Below, in pieces: positions 15,917 through 25,467 of a stretch of 64,000 bases of DNA. The position numbers and the translations under genes were made by a program. The notes under the pieces were generated by a model. It was not told where the DNA came from. It worked only from the letters and a program-made list of their open reading frames with translations, and searched no databases. This DNA is from an uncultured bacterium (GTDB taxonomy: Bacteria > Fermentibacterota > Fermentibacteria > Fermentibacterales > JCC-6). Where the stretch lies: NCBI GenBank assembly GCA_964541235.1, contig CAZIPI010000014.1, positions 666-64,665 on the forward strand. Reading direction: 5' to 3'. Within the stretch, counting starts at the first letter, position 1. The number at the start of each line of letters is the position of its first letter.

Positions 15917-16896
15917 TCCGCGCCTTCCGGCAGCCCGTGCTCGAGGATGGACCTGATGATGTCCTCGATGGGGGCGCAGGGCGAGAAGCCCAGAAGATGC
16001 CTGAGAAGGGAAACGTCGGGAACCCTGCGCTGCATGTCCTCGAAGTCTCCCGGGTAAGCCTCGTCGTAGGGAGTGAGTTCAATCGCCGACTGTGAGCCGG
16101 TGATCTCCAGCACCCTTCTCGCCAGCTCCAGGATGGTTATCTCCTGCACCGAGCCGATGTTTATCACCTTGCCCACCGCCTCGGGGGCATCCATGAGCGC
16201 GATGACGCACCGGGTGACCTCATGCACCGAGCTGAAGCACCTTGTCTGGGTTCCGTTGCCGAAAACGGTGAGCGGCCGTCCAGTGAGCGCCTGGTTGATG
16301 AAGCGGGGAAGCACCATGCCGTACCTGCCGGACTGTCTTGGTCCCACTGTGTTGAACAGCCTGCCCACCACCACGGGAAGCCCCCTTGCCTTGTGGTAGG
16401 CCAGGGCCAGGAACTCGTCCAGCGCCTTGCTGCACGCGTAGCTCCAGCGGCTCCGGCTTGTGGCGCCCAATACTATGTCGCCGTCCTCCCTGAAGGGGGT
16501 CTCCCAGCTCTTGCCGTAAACCTCGCTGGTGGATGCCACGAATACCTTCGTTCCCCGTTCAGCGGCGGCTGACAGCACATTCTCGGTGCCGCCTATGTTT
16601 ATCTCGATGGTCTCCACCGGACGCCGAATGATGTTCTCCACCCCCACCGCTGCGGCGAGGTGGATCACCGCCCCGGATCGCCCCGCAAGGTCGCGGACCG
16701 TATCAGGCTCCATCACGGACCCCGTTTCCAGCCGGAACAGCGGGTTGCCGGAGAGGTGGGCCACATTCTTCAGGCTTCCCGTGGAGAGGTCGTCGAGCAC
16801 CAGGACGCTGCGCCCCCCCTCCACGATGGCTGTGCACAGGTGCGACCCGATGAAGCCGGCGCCCCCGGTGACCAGGAAGTCGTGCCGGGCGTTCAC
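15913..16896 (-). CDS. NAD-dependent sugar-nucleotide epimerase/dehydratase (extended SDR)
   Basis: VTGGAGFIGSHL Rossmann motif and YACSK (YxxxK). Confidence 0.8.
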   Translation of the reverse strand: MNARHDFLVTGGAGFIGSHLCTAIVEGGRSVLVLDDLSTGSLKNVAHLSGNPLFRLETGSVMEPDTVRDLAGRSGAVIHLAAAVGVENIIRRPVETIEINIGGTENVLSAAAERGTKVFVASTSEVYGKSWETPFREDGDIVLGATSRSRWSYACSKALDEFLALAYHKARGLPVVVGRLFNTVGPRQSGRYGMVLPRFINQALTGRPLTVFGNGTQTRCFSSVHEVTRCVIALMDAPEAVGKVINIGSVQEITILELARRVLEITGSQSAIELTPYDEAYPGDFEDMQRRVPDVSLLRHLLGFSPCAPIEDIIRSILEHGLPEGAD

Positions 16897-18092
16897 TAGC
16901 GGCTCACCACGCTCAGCAGGACCCCTGCGGCAATGGCGCTTCCAATGACCCCGGCCACGTTGGGACCCATGGCGTGCATCAGAAGGTGGTTCTTCGGGTC
17001 GGCCCTGCGGCCCTCCATCTCAGCTACCCTGGCGGCCACCGGGACTGCGCTCACACCGGCGGCGCCCACCAGGGGGTTGATGCGGTTCCCGCCCTTAAGG
17101 AAGAGGTTCATGAACTTGGCGAACAGCACCCCGCCGGCGGTGGCTATGGCGAAGCTCACCACACCCATGGCGAAGATCTTCAGGGAGGACAGGGTGAGGA
17201 AGGTGCCGGCCAGGGTGGTGGTTCCAACACTGAACCCCAGAAGCACCACCACGATGTTGTTCAGCGGGCCCTGCGCCCCCTCGGCAAGCCTGCGGGTCAC
17301 GCCGCTCTCCTTGAGAAGGTTGCCGAAGAACAGCATTCCCAGCAGCGGGATGGCGCCGGGAACGATGAAGGCCGTAACGATGAAAGCCACGATGGGGAAG
17401 AGGATCTTCTCCTTCTGGCTCACGAGCCTTGCCGGCTTCATTCGAATTGCGCGTTCGGCGGGAGTGGTGAGCAGCCTCATGATGGGGGGCTGTATCACAG
17501 GGACCAGCCCCATGTATGAGTATGCGGCCAGGGCTATTGCCCCAAGGAGATGGGGCGCCATCTGGCTGGCCACGAAGATGGCCGTGGGGCCGTCGGCGCC
17601 GCCGATTATGCCTATGGCCGAGGCCTCGCTGAGGCTGAAGTCGAGGAAGAGGGAGCCTATCAGCGTGAGGAAAATGCCTATCTGCGCCGCGGCACCCAGC
17701 AGGAGCAGCTTCGGGTTGGAGAGCATGGCGCTGAAGTCGGTCATCGCCCCTATCCCCAGGAAGATCAGCGGCGGGAAGAGCCCGCTCTTCACTCCGAAGT
17801 AGATCAGGCTGAACACGGAGCCAGGCTCCTGGTAGCCAATGGGCATAAGGGCCGGGTTGTAGGGCATGTTCCCGGCTATCATGCCGAAGCCTATGGGGAT
17901 CAGGAGAAGGGGCTCGTACTCCCTCCTGATGGCCAGGTAAACGAAGACGAGACCCAGGGCGATCATCACCAGGTTGCCCCAGGTCACCTGGCCGAACCCG
18001 GTGTCCCTCAGGAAACCGGCGAAGCTTATCCCTTCCCGGTCACCGGCTAGAAGGCACTGGAGCGCGGAGGCGAGGGAGGAGGCTTGCGACAT
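16896..18092 (-). CDS. mmdB: Na+-translocating decarboxylase beta subunit (OadB/MmdB family)
   Basis: Polytopic membrane protein matching the OadB/GcdB/MmdB family end to end (NLVMIALGLVFVYLAIRREYEPLLLIPIGFG...). Confidence 0.9.
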   Translation of the reverse strand: MSQASSLASALQCLLAGDREGISFAGFLRDTGFGQVTWGNLVMIALGLVFVYLAIRREYEPLLLIPIGFGMIAGNMPYNPALMPIGYQEPGSVFSLIYFGVKSGLFPPLIFLGIGAMTDFSAMLSNPKLLLLGAAAQIGIFLTLIGSLFLDFSLSEASAIGIIGGADGPTAIFVASQMAPHLLGAIALAAYSYMGLVPVIQPPIMRLLTTPAERAIRMKPARLVSQKEKILFPIVAFIVTAFIVPGAIPLLGMLFFGNLLKESGVTRRLAEGAQGPLNNIVVVLLGFSVGTTTLAGTFLTLSSLKIFAMGVVSFAIATAGGVLFAKFMNLFLKGGNRINPLVGAAGVSAVPVAARVAEMEGRRADPKNHLLMHAMGPNVAGVIGSAIAAGVLLSVVSR

Positions 18093-18101
18093 GGGCCCCT
18101 C

Positions 18102-18539
18102 CTATCCTATGCTCATGATAAGGGCGTTTTCCAGCACTGTGTCGCCCTCGCTGACGGAGATCCGGGTTACCTGGCCGGCCAGCGGAGATTCGATCTCGTT
18201 CTCCATCTTCATGGCTTCCATGATGGCCACTATCTGGCCCTTCTCCACGGTATCCCCCTGCCTGACGAGTATCTTCAGCATGTTCCCCGGCAGCGGGGAG
18301 AGTATGTCGCCCTTGTTCCCGTGGCCCCCGGGCGCCGTGGTCCGGTCCGGTGACGCCGATGCGTCGTGCACCCTCTTCTCCCGGACGATGGTGGGTGTCT
18401 TGGCGGGCTTCCGGGAGGGCGATTCCACGGTGGCGGTGAAGGTCCTGTCGCCCAGCCGAACCTCGACCTGGTCGTCCTCAAGCCTGCCGATGCTGACGCT
18501 GTAGGTGTTTCCGCAGATGGTAACATTGTACTCGGGCAT
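18102..18539 (-). CDS. mmdC: Biotin carboxyl-carrier subunit of the decarboxylase
   Basis: Biotinylation motif EAMKMENEI. ATG 18539 overlaps the upstream stop (the ORF extension to 18677 is unlikely to be real). Confidence 0.85.
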   Translation of the reverse strand: MPEYNVTICGNTYSVSIGRLEDDQVEVRLGDRTFTATVESPSRKPAKTPTIVREKRVHDASASPDRTTAPGGHGNKGDILSPLPGNMLKILVRQGDTVEKGQIVAIMEAMKMENEIESPLAGQVTRISVSEGDTVLENALIMSIG

Positions 18540-18937
18540 CACACCCTCCTGTCCCTGAGCCTCAGGCTTGTACGGGCAAGAAGGGTCTTGGCCCTCCCCG
18601 CAAGCCGCCAGGGTGAGTAAGGTTTGTCGTGGTCCTGCCACGTGATCTTTCTTTCGCATTCCTGATCGAGCCGGCACAGGTGGGTGTGGATCGCCACCGC
18701 CACCGCGGCCACTTCCTCGGGGGTGAGGCTCTTCTGCGCATCCGGCGCCGCCTTCTTCAGAACAGGGAGGGGGCTTCCGGACTCGGCCGCTCTCCTGAGA
18801 AGGGGGAGCAGCAGCGCCAGCAGCGCCAGACCGGCGAACACGGCGGCGACCCCAAGAACGGTCACCTGAACCCCGTCGGGCAGCAGTGAGGCCCCGGAGG
18901 ACTGGACAAGCGCCGAAAGCAGTGCCGCCGCCATCAT
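18539..18937 (-). CDS. OadG-like small membrane subunit (decarboxylase gamma/delta)
   Basis: A single N-terminal TM ([23 protein letters not shown]) and an operon position between the carboxyltransferase and the BCCP. Confidence 0.6.
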   Translation of the reverse strand: MMAAALLSALVQSSGASLLPDGVQVTVLGVAAVFAGLALLALLLPLLRRAAESGSPLPVLKKAAPDAQKSLTPEEVAAVAVAIHTHLCRLDQECERKITWQDHDKPYSPWRLAGRAKTLLARTSLRLRDRRV

Positions 18938-20484
18938 AACGGTATGTTCCCGTGCTTCTTGGAGGGGATCTCCTGCCTCTTGCCCTGAAGCATCTCGAGG
19001 CTGCGGATTATCCTGAACCTTGTTTCCCCCGGCGTGATGACGGCATCAATGTAGCCCCGGGACGCTGCGTCGTAGGGGTTGGCGAACTTGTCGCGGTACT
19101 CCTGCACCAGCTCCGCCCTTCTGGCTTCGGGGTCTTCGGAGGCAGCCAGCTCGTTCCTGAAGATGACGTTCACCGCACCCTCGGGACCCATCACGGCGAT
19201 CTCGGCCGAGGGCCAGGCGTAGTTCACGTCGCTGCGGAGATGCTTGGAGGACATGACGTCGTAGGCTCCGCCGTAGGCCTTTCGAGTGATGACCGTGATC
19301 TTGGGCACTGTGGCCTCGGCGAACGCGTAGAGAAGTTTCGCGCCGTTCCTTATGATGCCGCCGTACTCCTGCTTGGTTCCCGGCATGAAGCCCGGAACGT
19401 CAACGAAGGTGACCAGTGGAATGTTGAAGGCATCGCAGAACCTTACGAAACGCGCGGCCTTCACCGAGGCGTCTATGTCCAGCACTCCCGCAAGGAAGCT
19501 GGGCTGGTTGGCCACCACCCCGACAGGCTTTCCGTTCATGCGCCCGAACCCGATGATGATGTTCTGGGCGTACGCCCTCTGTATCTCCAGGAACTCGCCA
19601 TGGTCAACGATGGCCGCAATGATCCTGCGCATGTCGTAGGGCTTGTTGGGATTCTCCGGAACGAAGTCTTCCAGCCATTCCTCGGCACGGTCGGGAGCGT
19701 CGCTGCAGGGTGTTGCTACCGGGTCCTCCATGTTGTTCTGCGGGATGTAGCTGAAAAGCTTCCTAACCAGAAGGAGGGCTTCCTTCTCGTCCTTGCACAC
19801 GATGTGGGAGACACCGCTTCTCTGGCTGTGCACGAAGGGGCCTCCAAGCTCGTCCTTCGTGACGTCCTCGCCGGTCACGGCCCGCACCACGTCAGGCCCG
19901 GTGACGAACATGTAGCTGGTGTTCTCCACCATTATGGTGAAGTCGGTTATTGCCGGGCTGTAAACGGCCCCTCCAGCGCACGGGCCGAGGATGACGCTGA
20001 TCTGCGGTATCACACCGGAGTAGAGGACGTTCTTCAGGAAGATGTCGCCGTAACCCGCCAGGCTCTCGATGCCCTCCTGTATCCTTGCGCCTCCGGAGTC
20101 GTTGAGGCCGATTAGGGGAGCGCCGTTCTGCGCGGCCAGGTCCATCACCTTCTTGATCTTCTCGGCGAAGGTCTCGGAGAGGGACCCCCCGAACACGGTG
20201 AAATCCTGGCTGAACACATAGACGAGCCTGCCGTCTATGGTGCCGTACCCGGTCACCACGCCGTCGCCGTAGTACTTCTGCTTTTCCAGGCCGAAGTTGG
20301 TTGACCGGTGGGTCTTCAGCTGGTCGAACTCCTCGAAGCTGCCGTCGTCCAGAAGTATCTCGAGCCTTTCCCTGGCGGTGAGGCTTCCCTGGGCGTGCTG
20401 TTTCGCGACCCTCTTCTCCCCGCCCCCCTGCAGCGCCAGTTCCCTGAGCTTCCGCAGCTTGCTGTTCCTGTCCGTTGAGCCCAT
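18934..20484 (-). CDS. mmdA: Methylmalonyl-CoA decarboxylase alpha subunit (acyl-CoA carboxyltransferase)
   Basis: Full-length match to the carboxyltransferase family ([18 protein letters not shown]..., [27 protein letters not shown]). Confidence 0.9.
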   Translation of the reverse strand: MGSTDRNSKLRKLRELALQGGGEKRVAKQHAQGSLTARERLEILLDDGSFEEFDQLKTHRSTNFGLEKQKYYGDGVVTGYGTIDGRLVYVFSQDFTVFGGSLSETFAEKIKKVMDLAAQNGAPLIGLNDSGGARIQEGIESLAGYGDIFLKNVLYSGVIPQISVILGPCAGGAVYSPAITDFTIMVENTSYMFVTGPDVVRAVTGEDVTKDELGGPFVHSQRSGVSHIVCKDEKEALLLVRKLFSYIPQNNMEDPVATPCSDAPDRAEEWLEDFVPENPNKPYDMRRIIAAIVDHGEFLEIQRAYAQNIIIGFGRMNGKPVGVVANQPSFLAGVLDIDASVKAARFVRFCDAFNIPLVTFVDVPGFMPGTKQEYGGIIRNGAKLLYAFAEATVPKITVITRKAYGGAYDVMSSKHLRSDVNYAWPSAEIAVMGPEGAVNVIFRNELAASEDPEARRAELVQEYRDKFANPYDAASRGYIDAVITPGETRFRIIRSLEMLQGKRQEIPSKKHGNIPL

Positions 20485-20503
20485 TCCTGAAGAACCCTTT
20501 CCG

Positions 20504-20905
20504 TCAGTGCTGGCAGAGTTCGGTGAGAACCCTGCCGCTGGCCCTGGGGTGAATGAAAGCTATCTTCGTGCCTCCGGCCCCGGGTCTTGGTGTTTTGTCT
20601 ATCATATTCACCCCGGCCCCGGTCAGCTCGACCACCGCCTGAGCGGCGTCGGAGACCGAGTAGGCGATATGGTGCACTCCCTGCCCCCGGGACTCGAGGA
20701 AGGCGGCCACGGGGCTGTCGGGGGATGTGGGCTCCAGAAGCTCTATCCTGGATTCGCCCACGGCGAACATGGCCACTCTGACCTTCTGGGAGGGAACTTC
20801 CTCGATCCCGATAAGCTCGAGCCCCAGCACGTCACGGTAGAAGGCCATGGACTCATCGAGGTTCTCCACCCCGATGCCTATGTGGTCGATCTTCTTGATC
20901 TTCAT
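20504..20905 (-). CDS. mce: Methylmalonyl-CoA epimerase (VOC/glyoxalase fold)
   Basis: [18 protein letters not shown]...GVHHIAY...IAFIHP. Confidence 0.85.
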   Translation of the reverse strand: MKIKKIDHIGIGVENLDESMAFYRDVLGLELIGIEEVPSQKVRVAMFAVGESRIELLEPTSPDSPVAAFLESRGQGVHHIAYSVSDAAQAVVELTGAGVNMIDKTPRPGAGGTKIAFIHPRASGRVLTELCQH

Positions 20906-21852
20906 TCCGGGATCATCCTTTCGACGACCCGGGCAAGCCTTTGCCCGACTTCGTAAGGTGTTGTGGAACCTTCTGATATCTGCTGCAAAAGAACTTCCTT
21001 TGGACCGTACTCCCTGAGAAGGAGCCTCTCGGCGAACATGGCCCCGCGTTCTGCGAGTATGGACTGAAGTGTTCTGCGGGTGTTCTCGAGCCTCCGCTTA
21101 ACGGGGTCCACCTGTTCAAGCATGGAATCAACGGCCTGCCACAGGGCTTCGAGCCCCAGGCCGGAAACGGAGGAGACCCGTGCCACGGGAGGTTTGGGCC
21201 TTTCCGCGGGGACAAGCTCAAGCGCCGCCGCCACCGCTGCCTCGAGCTGGTCTATCCCGGGCCTGTCCGCCTTGTTAAGGACTATGAGGTCGCCGATCTC
21301 CATGATCCCGGCCTTCATGGCCTGAACGTCATCCCCTGCCCCCGGAACCAGCACGAGCATGGTAATGTCCGCAACCTCGGCGATCTCCACCTCGGCCTGT
21401 CCCACACCCACCGTCTCGAGGATCACGGGATCGTAGCCGGCGGCGGCCATGAGCATGGCTGCGTCGCGGGTGGCTCCGGAAAGCCCTCCCAGGTGCCCGC
21501 GGCTGCCCATGCTTCTGATGAAGACGGCCGGATCGGTGGAGTGGGACTGCATCCTCAGCCTGTCGCCCAGCAGGGCGCCTCCTGTGAAGGGGGATGAGGG
21601 GTCAACCGCCAGAACTCCCACCCTGGCCCCCCGTTTCCGGAAGTGGCCTATCATCCTGTCCAGAAGCGTGCTCTTCCCTGCCCCGGGAGGGCCGGTGACG
21701 CCAATGGTCCGGTGGTGTGGAACCGACGGGAAGAGGGCATGCAGCAGACCCGCGGCCTCGGGGGCACCGTTCTCCACAATGCTCAATCCCCGGGCAAGCG
21801 CCCGGATATCGCGGCCTGTAATGCCCTCTGCCAGGGATTCCCCGGGGATCAT
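20902..21852 (-). CDS. meaB: Methylmalonyl-CoA mutase-associated GTPase MeaB/ArgK
   Basis: P-loop GVTGPPGAGKSTLLD, ILETVGVGQ and VLNKAD motifs. Confidence 0.9.
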   Translation of the reverse strand: MIPGESLAEGITGRDIRALARGLSIVENGAPEAAGLLHALFPSVPHHRTIGVTGPPGAGKSTLLDRMIGHFRKRGARVGVLAVDPSSPFTGGALLGDRLRMQSHSTDPAVFIRSMGSRGHLGGLSGATRDAAMLMAAAGYDPVILETVGVGQAEVEIAEVADITMLVLVPGAGDDVQAMKAGIMEIGDLIVLNKADRPGIDQLEAAVAAALELVPAERPKPPVARVSSVSGLGLEALWQAVDSMLEQVDPVKRRLENTRRTLQSILAERGAMFAERLLLREYGPKEVLLQQISEGSTTPYEVGQRLARVVERMIPE

Positions 21853-21855
21853 ACG

Positions 21856-22257
21856 TCAGCTTCTGTTCTTCTGTTCGTTCTCGATGAATGAGATCACATC
21901 GGAGGCGGGCGTGCCGGGGGTGAAGATCGCCCTGAACCCCGCTTCCATGAGGCCCGGGATGTCCTCATCGGGTATGACGCCGCCGCCGAAGAGCACTATG
22001 TCCGGGGCGCCCTTCTCCCTGAGTATCCTGGCCACTTCAGGAAAGAGGTGGTTGTGGGCTCCGGAGAGAAGCGAGAGCCCCACGAAGTCAACATCCTCCT
22101 GAACCGCGGCATCGGCGATCGCCTGGGGGGTCTGCCTGATGCCGGTGTATATGACTTCCATTCCAGCGTCGCGGAGAGCCCTGGCGATGTACTTGGCCCC
22201 CCTGTCATGACCGTCCAGCCCGGGTTTGCCGATAAGAACCCTTATCCTGCGCTCCAT
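21856..22257 (-). CDS. Methylmalonyl-CoA mutase B12-binding (small) subunit
   Basis: [23 protein letters not shown] contains the DxHxxG cobalamin-binding motif. ATG 22257 is preceded by gaaagagg (the ORF extends to 22377). Confidence 0.85.
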   Translation of the reverse strand: MERRIRVLIGKPGLDGHDRGAKYIARALRDAGMEVIYTGIRQTPQAIADAAVQEDVDFVGLSLLSGAHNHLFPEVARILREKGAPDIVLFGGGVIPDEDIPGLMEAGFRAIFTPGTPASDVISFIENEQKNRS

Positions 22258-22441
22258 GGATGCCTCTTTCCGGTTTTCCGGGAGCTTCCGCTCCAAAAGG
22301 TGGGTACGCCTATATTGCGTATCATCTTCAATTTCACCGTTTCTGTAAAGACAGCGCCCTTTCTCGGGCAGGTCCATGGAACAATATTACACAGGTGCTG
22401 TTACTCACTGAGCGTGCCACAGCAAAAGGAAAGGTATATCA

Positions 22442-22906
22442 ATGAAACTCGCAGCGACCCTGTCCTTACTGGTTTCCGCCATGGCTTTCGCAGTCGTCTC
22501 CCCGGCCACCATCGCAGGCTATCTGGATGACATCAACGCCACCTACCAGCAGGACGAAGACGTTTTCTTCATCGTTCAGACCGACGAGGAAACAGGCGAT
22601 GCCTACGCCATCTTCTACATCGAGATCAACGAGGTCATGGACGCCTGCTTCATGGCCGGCCCCACGCCCGGCCTTGTTCCGGCATCGGGAGCGGGAAGGC
22701 TTCAGGCCCTTGAGCTTATTGCCAACCTGAACAGCACCTATCCCTTCGTGAAGTTCGAAGCCGACCCTTCCACCGGCGAGGTCATGTGCACTTACACCTT
22801 CACCACCGAGAACGGGATCGGGTTCGAGGCCTTCACCGCCATGATAAGCGTTATCTTCAGCACCATAGAGGAGACGGCGGACGATTTCATCGCCCTGAGG
22901 CAGTAG
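22442..22906 (+). CDS. Hypothetical protein with N-terminal signal-like segment (possibly YbjN-like fold)
   Basis: ORF with MKLAATLSLLVSAMAFA. The family assignment is a weak pattern impression only. Confidence 0.35.
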   Translation: MKLAATLSLLVSAMAFAVVSPATIAGYLDDINATYQQDEDVFFIVQTDEETGDAYAIFYIEINEVMDACFMAGPTPGLVPASGAGRLQALELIANLNSTYPFVKFEADPSTGEVMCTYTFTTENGIGFEAFTAMISVIFSTIEETADDFIALRQ

Positions 22907-22931
22907 GTCACCGGGGATCAGGGGGGGACAG

Positions 22932-23966
22932 ATGTACGGAAGCATTGCGATATGCTCCGGCAGGGCCAGTACAGGGCTCTGCAGGAGTGTCTGCAGGATC
23001 CTGGGAATAGAGCCCGAACCGGTTGAGTTCCACCAGTTCTCCAACGGGAACATGATGGTGAACTTCCCCGGAGGAACTGTGAGGGAGAAGGACGTCTTCA
23101 TCCTCCAGTCCGGGGAACGGTCCATTCTGGGCGACAAGACCGAGTCCTACCGCACGGTGGCCGGCGACATCCTGGAACTGCTTCAGATGATCAGCGCCCT
23201 GAAGGACAGCGCCGGGCGCATCACCGCTGTGACCCCCTATTTCCCCTACGCCAGAAGCGACAAGAAGGACAAGCCCCGGATCGCCATAACCTCCAAGATG
23301 ATCTTCGACCTCATAGCGGCGGTGGGCGCCCACAGGGTGCTGGCAATGACCCTTCACTGCCCCCAGAGCCAGGGCTTCAGCAACATTCCGGTGGATCAGC
23401 TCCACGCCTACACCGTTTTCATCAACAGGATACTTGGAATGGGGTGCGAGAAGCTGGCCTTCATAGCCCCCGACTCGGGCTCGATACTGGACAACGACTT
23501 CCTCGCACTCCACGCTGCCAAGGGCATAAGGGACGCCGGAGGCTCTCCTGACATCACAACGGGCTACGTGAAGAAGGTCCGTGTTGACGACAGCGAGAAG
23601 CCCCTGGTGCGCACCGTCGAGGGAGTGGACGACCTGGCCGACAGGACCGTCATCATGAGCGACGACGAGATCCTGAGCGGCCGAAGCCTGATACTCTGCG
23701 CAGAAACAGCGAAGGCAAAGGGCGCCGGTGAGATATACGCATTCGTCACCCATGCCATACTAAGCGGAGAAGCGGTTCGAAGCATCGAGGAAAGCCCGAT
23801 AACAAGGCTGTACATCACCGACACGGTGGAACTGGACCGGGAAGCCGCTGAAAGGGTCAACGGAGGCCCCCTTACCAAGATAGAGACACTTTCCGTTGCG
23901 CACATCTTCGCCGAGGCCATAAAGAGGATCCATCAGGGCCGAAGCCTGAGTTCCCTCTACCTCTGA
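22932..23966 (+). CDS. prs: Ribose-phosphate pyrophosphokinase
   Basis: VTPYFPYARSDKK and the PRPP-binding loop VIMSDDEILSGRS. Confidence 0.85.
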   Translation: MYGSIAICSGRASTGLCRSVCRILGIEPEPVEFHQFSNGNMMVNFPGGTVREKDVFILQSGERSILGDKTESYRTVAGDILELLQMISALKDSAGRITAVTPYFPYARSDKKDKPRIAITSKMIFDLIAAVGAHRVLAMTLHCPQSQGFSNIPVDQLHAYTVFINRILGMGCEKLAFIAPDSGSILDNDFLALHAAKGIRDAGGSPDITTGYVKKVRVDDSEKPLVRTVEGVDDLADRTVIMSDDEILSGRSLILCAETAKAKGAGEIYAFVTHAILSGEAVRSIEESPITRLYITDTVELDREAAERVNGGPLTKIETLSVAHIFAEAIKRIHQGRSLSSLYL

Positions 23967-24289
23967 TGGAAAGGCTGCCCTTCGACGATCACCTCGACCC
24001 AAGGGGTTTCGTGGTCAACCCTCTGGAAGGCATCGGCAACACCGGTGTCGTGACCAACTGCCACGCCTTCTCAATCAACCCCGGCTGCTCCCGGGGCGGG
24101 CACTCGCACCCGGACCGTAACGAGAAGGTGCTCCTTCTTTCGGGAAAGATCGCCGTGACCACCCCCGACGGAACGGAGGAGTTCTCCGCTCCGGCTCTGA
24201 TCGGGCTGGGGCCGGGCGAGTTCCATACGTTCAGTTGCCAGGGACGTGAGCCTGCCGCGGTGCTGTGCTGGAGCGACAGGCAGGGCTGA
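23966..24289 (+). CDS. Small cupin-fold protein (WbuC/WxcM-like, tentative)
   Basis: GGHSHPDRNEKVLLLSGKI. The start overlaps the prs stop. Confidence 0.4.
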   Translation: MERLPFDDHLDPRGFVVNPLEGIGNTGVVTNCHAFSINPGCSRGGHSHPDRNEKVLLLSGKIAVTTPDGTEEFSAPALIGLGPGEFHTFSCQGREPAAVLCWSDRQG

Positions 24290-24297
24290 CGGGGACC

Positions 24298-25467
24298 CTA
24301 GCTCTCCGGATAGGCGCTTCGTATCTCCCAGAGGTGGTTCATGGTTGACATGAACGGCTCCCTGAGCGCCGGGTCGAACTTCCTGCCGAACAGCGGCGCC
24401 ATGGTGCCGGCTGTCCGGCACAGGTCCCATGGATCCTTGTAGCACCGCCTGCTCCCAAGCGCGTCGAAAACATCCGCAACGGACGTTATCCTGGCCCAGA
24501 ACGAGATGTCGTTCCCCGAAGAGCCGGCCGGGTATCCCGAACCGTCCCAGTTCTCGTGATGGTCCATGGCTATCTCCCTGGCCATCTCATCGAACGAGGT
24601 CTCGCACTTGTCCAGGATGCCGGCGCCTATCCCGCAATGGCTCTCCATGACCCGGCGCTCCTGACTGGTGAGGGGGCCCGGCTTCTTGAGTATGCTGTCG
24701 GGTATCCCCACCTTTCCAACATCGTGGAGCATGGCGGCCATTCTGAGAACATCGCGGTTCACGGCCCTCTCCTTCTCCGGCACCGAGTTCATGGACGCCC
24801 AAGCGTCGTACAGCGCCAGGGCGCAGGCAGCCACCCTGTTCACGTGGGGTCCGGTCTCCCTCGGGTCCCGGAGTTCAGCCATGTTTATCATCCGGAGAAG
24901 AAGGGTGCGGGTCATCATTGCCCGTTCCAGGGCCATGGCCGCCAGAGTGGCGAAATGGCCGGCGAAGGGTATCACCTCGTCCGTGAAGGGTGCAGGAGCG
25001 CCCCGGTGGTCCAGGGCGTTGATGAGCTGAAGGACCCCGACGACCCTGCGCCTGTTGTTGCACAGGGGAAGAGTCAGGCTGGAAACGGTGCGGTAGCCGG
25101 AGGCCCTGTCGTAGCGCTGCGCGAAGGAGTAGGGTGCGTCCCCGGCTATGGCGCCAACATCAGGTATCGAGAGCATCTCGCCGGTTGCGGCCACGAAGCC
25201 GGCGATGCTGTCGGTGTTGATCGGGACGGTGAACCGGGTGTAGGGGATCCTGGCCCCCTTTGCGGCCAGTGTGTCGTTCTGGGCATGCCTGAACGAGAGG
25301 GTGTCGCCTTCGCGGGTATAGACCGAACCCGCGTCGGCTCCGGTGGCCAGCCTGGCCTCGTGAAGGATCTTCTCCAGCAGTATGTCCAGGTCGTTTATCT
25401 CCTTGAAGACACCGTCCAGCTGGAGCACCCTCTGCAGCCTGTTGTCATCCCGGGAAACGGTGGTCAT
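24298..25467 (-). CDS. GAF domain / HD-GYP domain protein (putative c-di-GMP phosphodiesterase)
   Basis: LHDVGKVGIP and HHENWDGSGYP motifs, with an N-terminal GAF-like region. Confidence 0.85.
   Translation of the reverse strand: MTTVSRDDNRLQRVLQLDGVFKEINDLDILLEKILHEARLATGADAGSVYTREGDTLSFRHAQNDTLAAKGARIPYTRFTVPINTDSIAGFVAATGEMLSIPDVGAIAGDAPYSFAQRYDRASGYRTVSSLTLPLCNNRRRVVGVLQLINALDHRGAPAPFTDEVIPFAGHFATLAAMALERAMMTRTLLLRMINMAELRDPRETGPHVNRVAACALALYDAWASMNSVPEKERAVNRDVLRMAAMLHDVGKVGIPDSILKKPGPLTSQERRVMESHCGIGAGILDKCETSFDEMAREIAMDHHENWDGSGYPAGSSGNDISFWARITSVADVFDALGSRRCYKDPWDLCRTAGTMAPLFGRKFDPALREPFMSTMNHLWEIRSAYPES

Noticed and set aside
22258-22441. Cobalamin riboswitch upstream of the B12-binding MCM subunit
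   Set aside because: The region is only ~180 nt, is shared with a divergent gene, and has no recognisable B12-box (GCCACTG-type) on the relevant strand.
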